Translations under genes and position numbers: made by a program | The notes under the pieces: generated by a model | Told to the model about the DNA's origin: nothing | Seen by the model: only the letters and a program-made list of their open reading frames with translations | The model's database searches: none | Source: Octopus sinensis | Taxonomy: Eukaryota | Direction: 5' to 3' | NCBI RefSeq assembly: GCF_006345805.1 | Contig: NC_043003.1 | Span: 12,276,001 to 12,340,000, forward strand | Length of the DNA: 64,000 nt | In this document: positions 63,346-64,000 of the stretch, piece after piece | Numbering within the stretch: the first letter of the stretch is position 1 | Layout: every line of letters starts with the position of its first letter

Positions 63346-64000
63346 TCGAACATACATAAATAGATACATAGATATGCAACTGTGTGTGTGTGTGTGTGTG
63401 TGTGTGCGTACAGTGATGGATTTGAGGGTTTCATTTATATATGAGTTGATTTCTTAATTTCACCGGAGTATAAATACCTATAATGGTGATACTCAAAAAA
63501 AAAAAAAACTTTTTTTTAAATCGAACCTACAAATTTCCGATAAGCAGGTAGTCGTATTATTTATATCCTACAATGAACTACAGTACATTTGATTCACCTG
63601 CTATCATTGAAAGACATTGAAAACACTTAAATTCTATGTAATATTTTCTATAGGTGTTTCATTTTGTTCACGTTCTTTTTCATATGAATTGACCCTCATC
63701 TACATGTATATAGATCCTGATGTACCTATGTGCATAGAGACGTGTGGGTACATACATAAGTACATATATAGCTATGTGGCTATATGTGTGTACAGTGATG
63801 GATTCGAGGGTTTCATTTATTTATGAGTTGGTTTCTTAATTTCACTGAAGTATAAATGCCTATAATGGTGATACTTAAAGAAATAATTATAATAATGCAG
63901 TTCAATTATAAAGGTTTTAGTTGAACAAATCTCAATACTTACATTTTTTTTTTTCTAGTCTGATACTTATTCTACCATTCTCTTTTGCTGAACCACTAAG

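Noticed and set aside
1231-63826. Numerous 60-125 aa ORFs rich in HT/YI/CV
   Set aside because: Translations of (CA)n/(TA)n/(TG)n tracts and SINE bodies

Overview
AT-rich, repeat-dense eukaryotic genomic DNA, not prokaryotic. It is most likely an Octopus genome, inferred from its tRNA-derived SINE families and RTE/mariner content, and looks like a large intron or intergenic tract. No complete host protein-coding gene is recognisable. The supplied ORFs are almost all translations of SINEs, microsatellites or decayed transposons. Contents: about 25 copies or fragments of a CORE-like tRNA SINE with an internal (TA/TG)n tract (here family A); about 10 Nin/Deu-domain-like SINEs (family B, three with clean 14-18 bp TSDs); two further tRNA SINE types (C, D); many 5'-truncated RTE-clade LINEs (one with an 11-unit higher-order minisatellite in its 3' UTR); CR1/L2-like remnants; an internally deleted mariner; TTAA-flanked piggyBac-like MITEs; TA-flanked MITEs; and non-autonomous Helitrons. 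The most unusual signals are three hammerhead-ribozyme-like motifs (CTGANGA-stem II-GAAAC...GTH). One sits at the 3' end of a tRNA-headed SINE-like element and one lies in a Penelope-like insert nested inside a SINE. Candidate splice sites, exons and cis-regulatory clusters are reported at low confidence. Family labels A-D are my own, and repeat boundaries are approximate unless a TSD or TIR is quoted.
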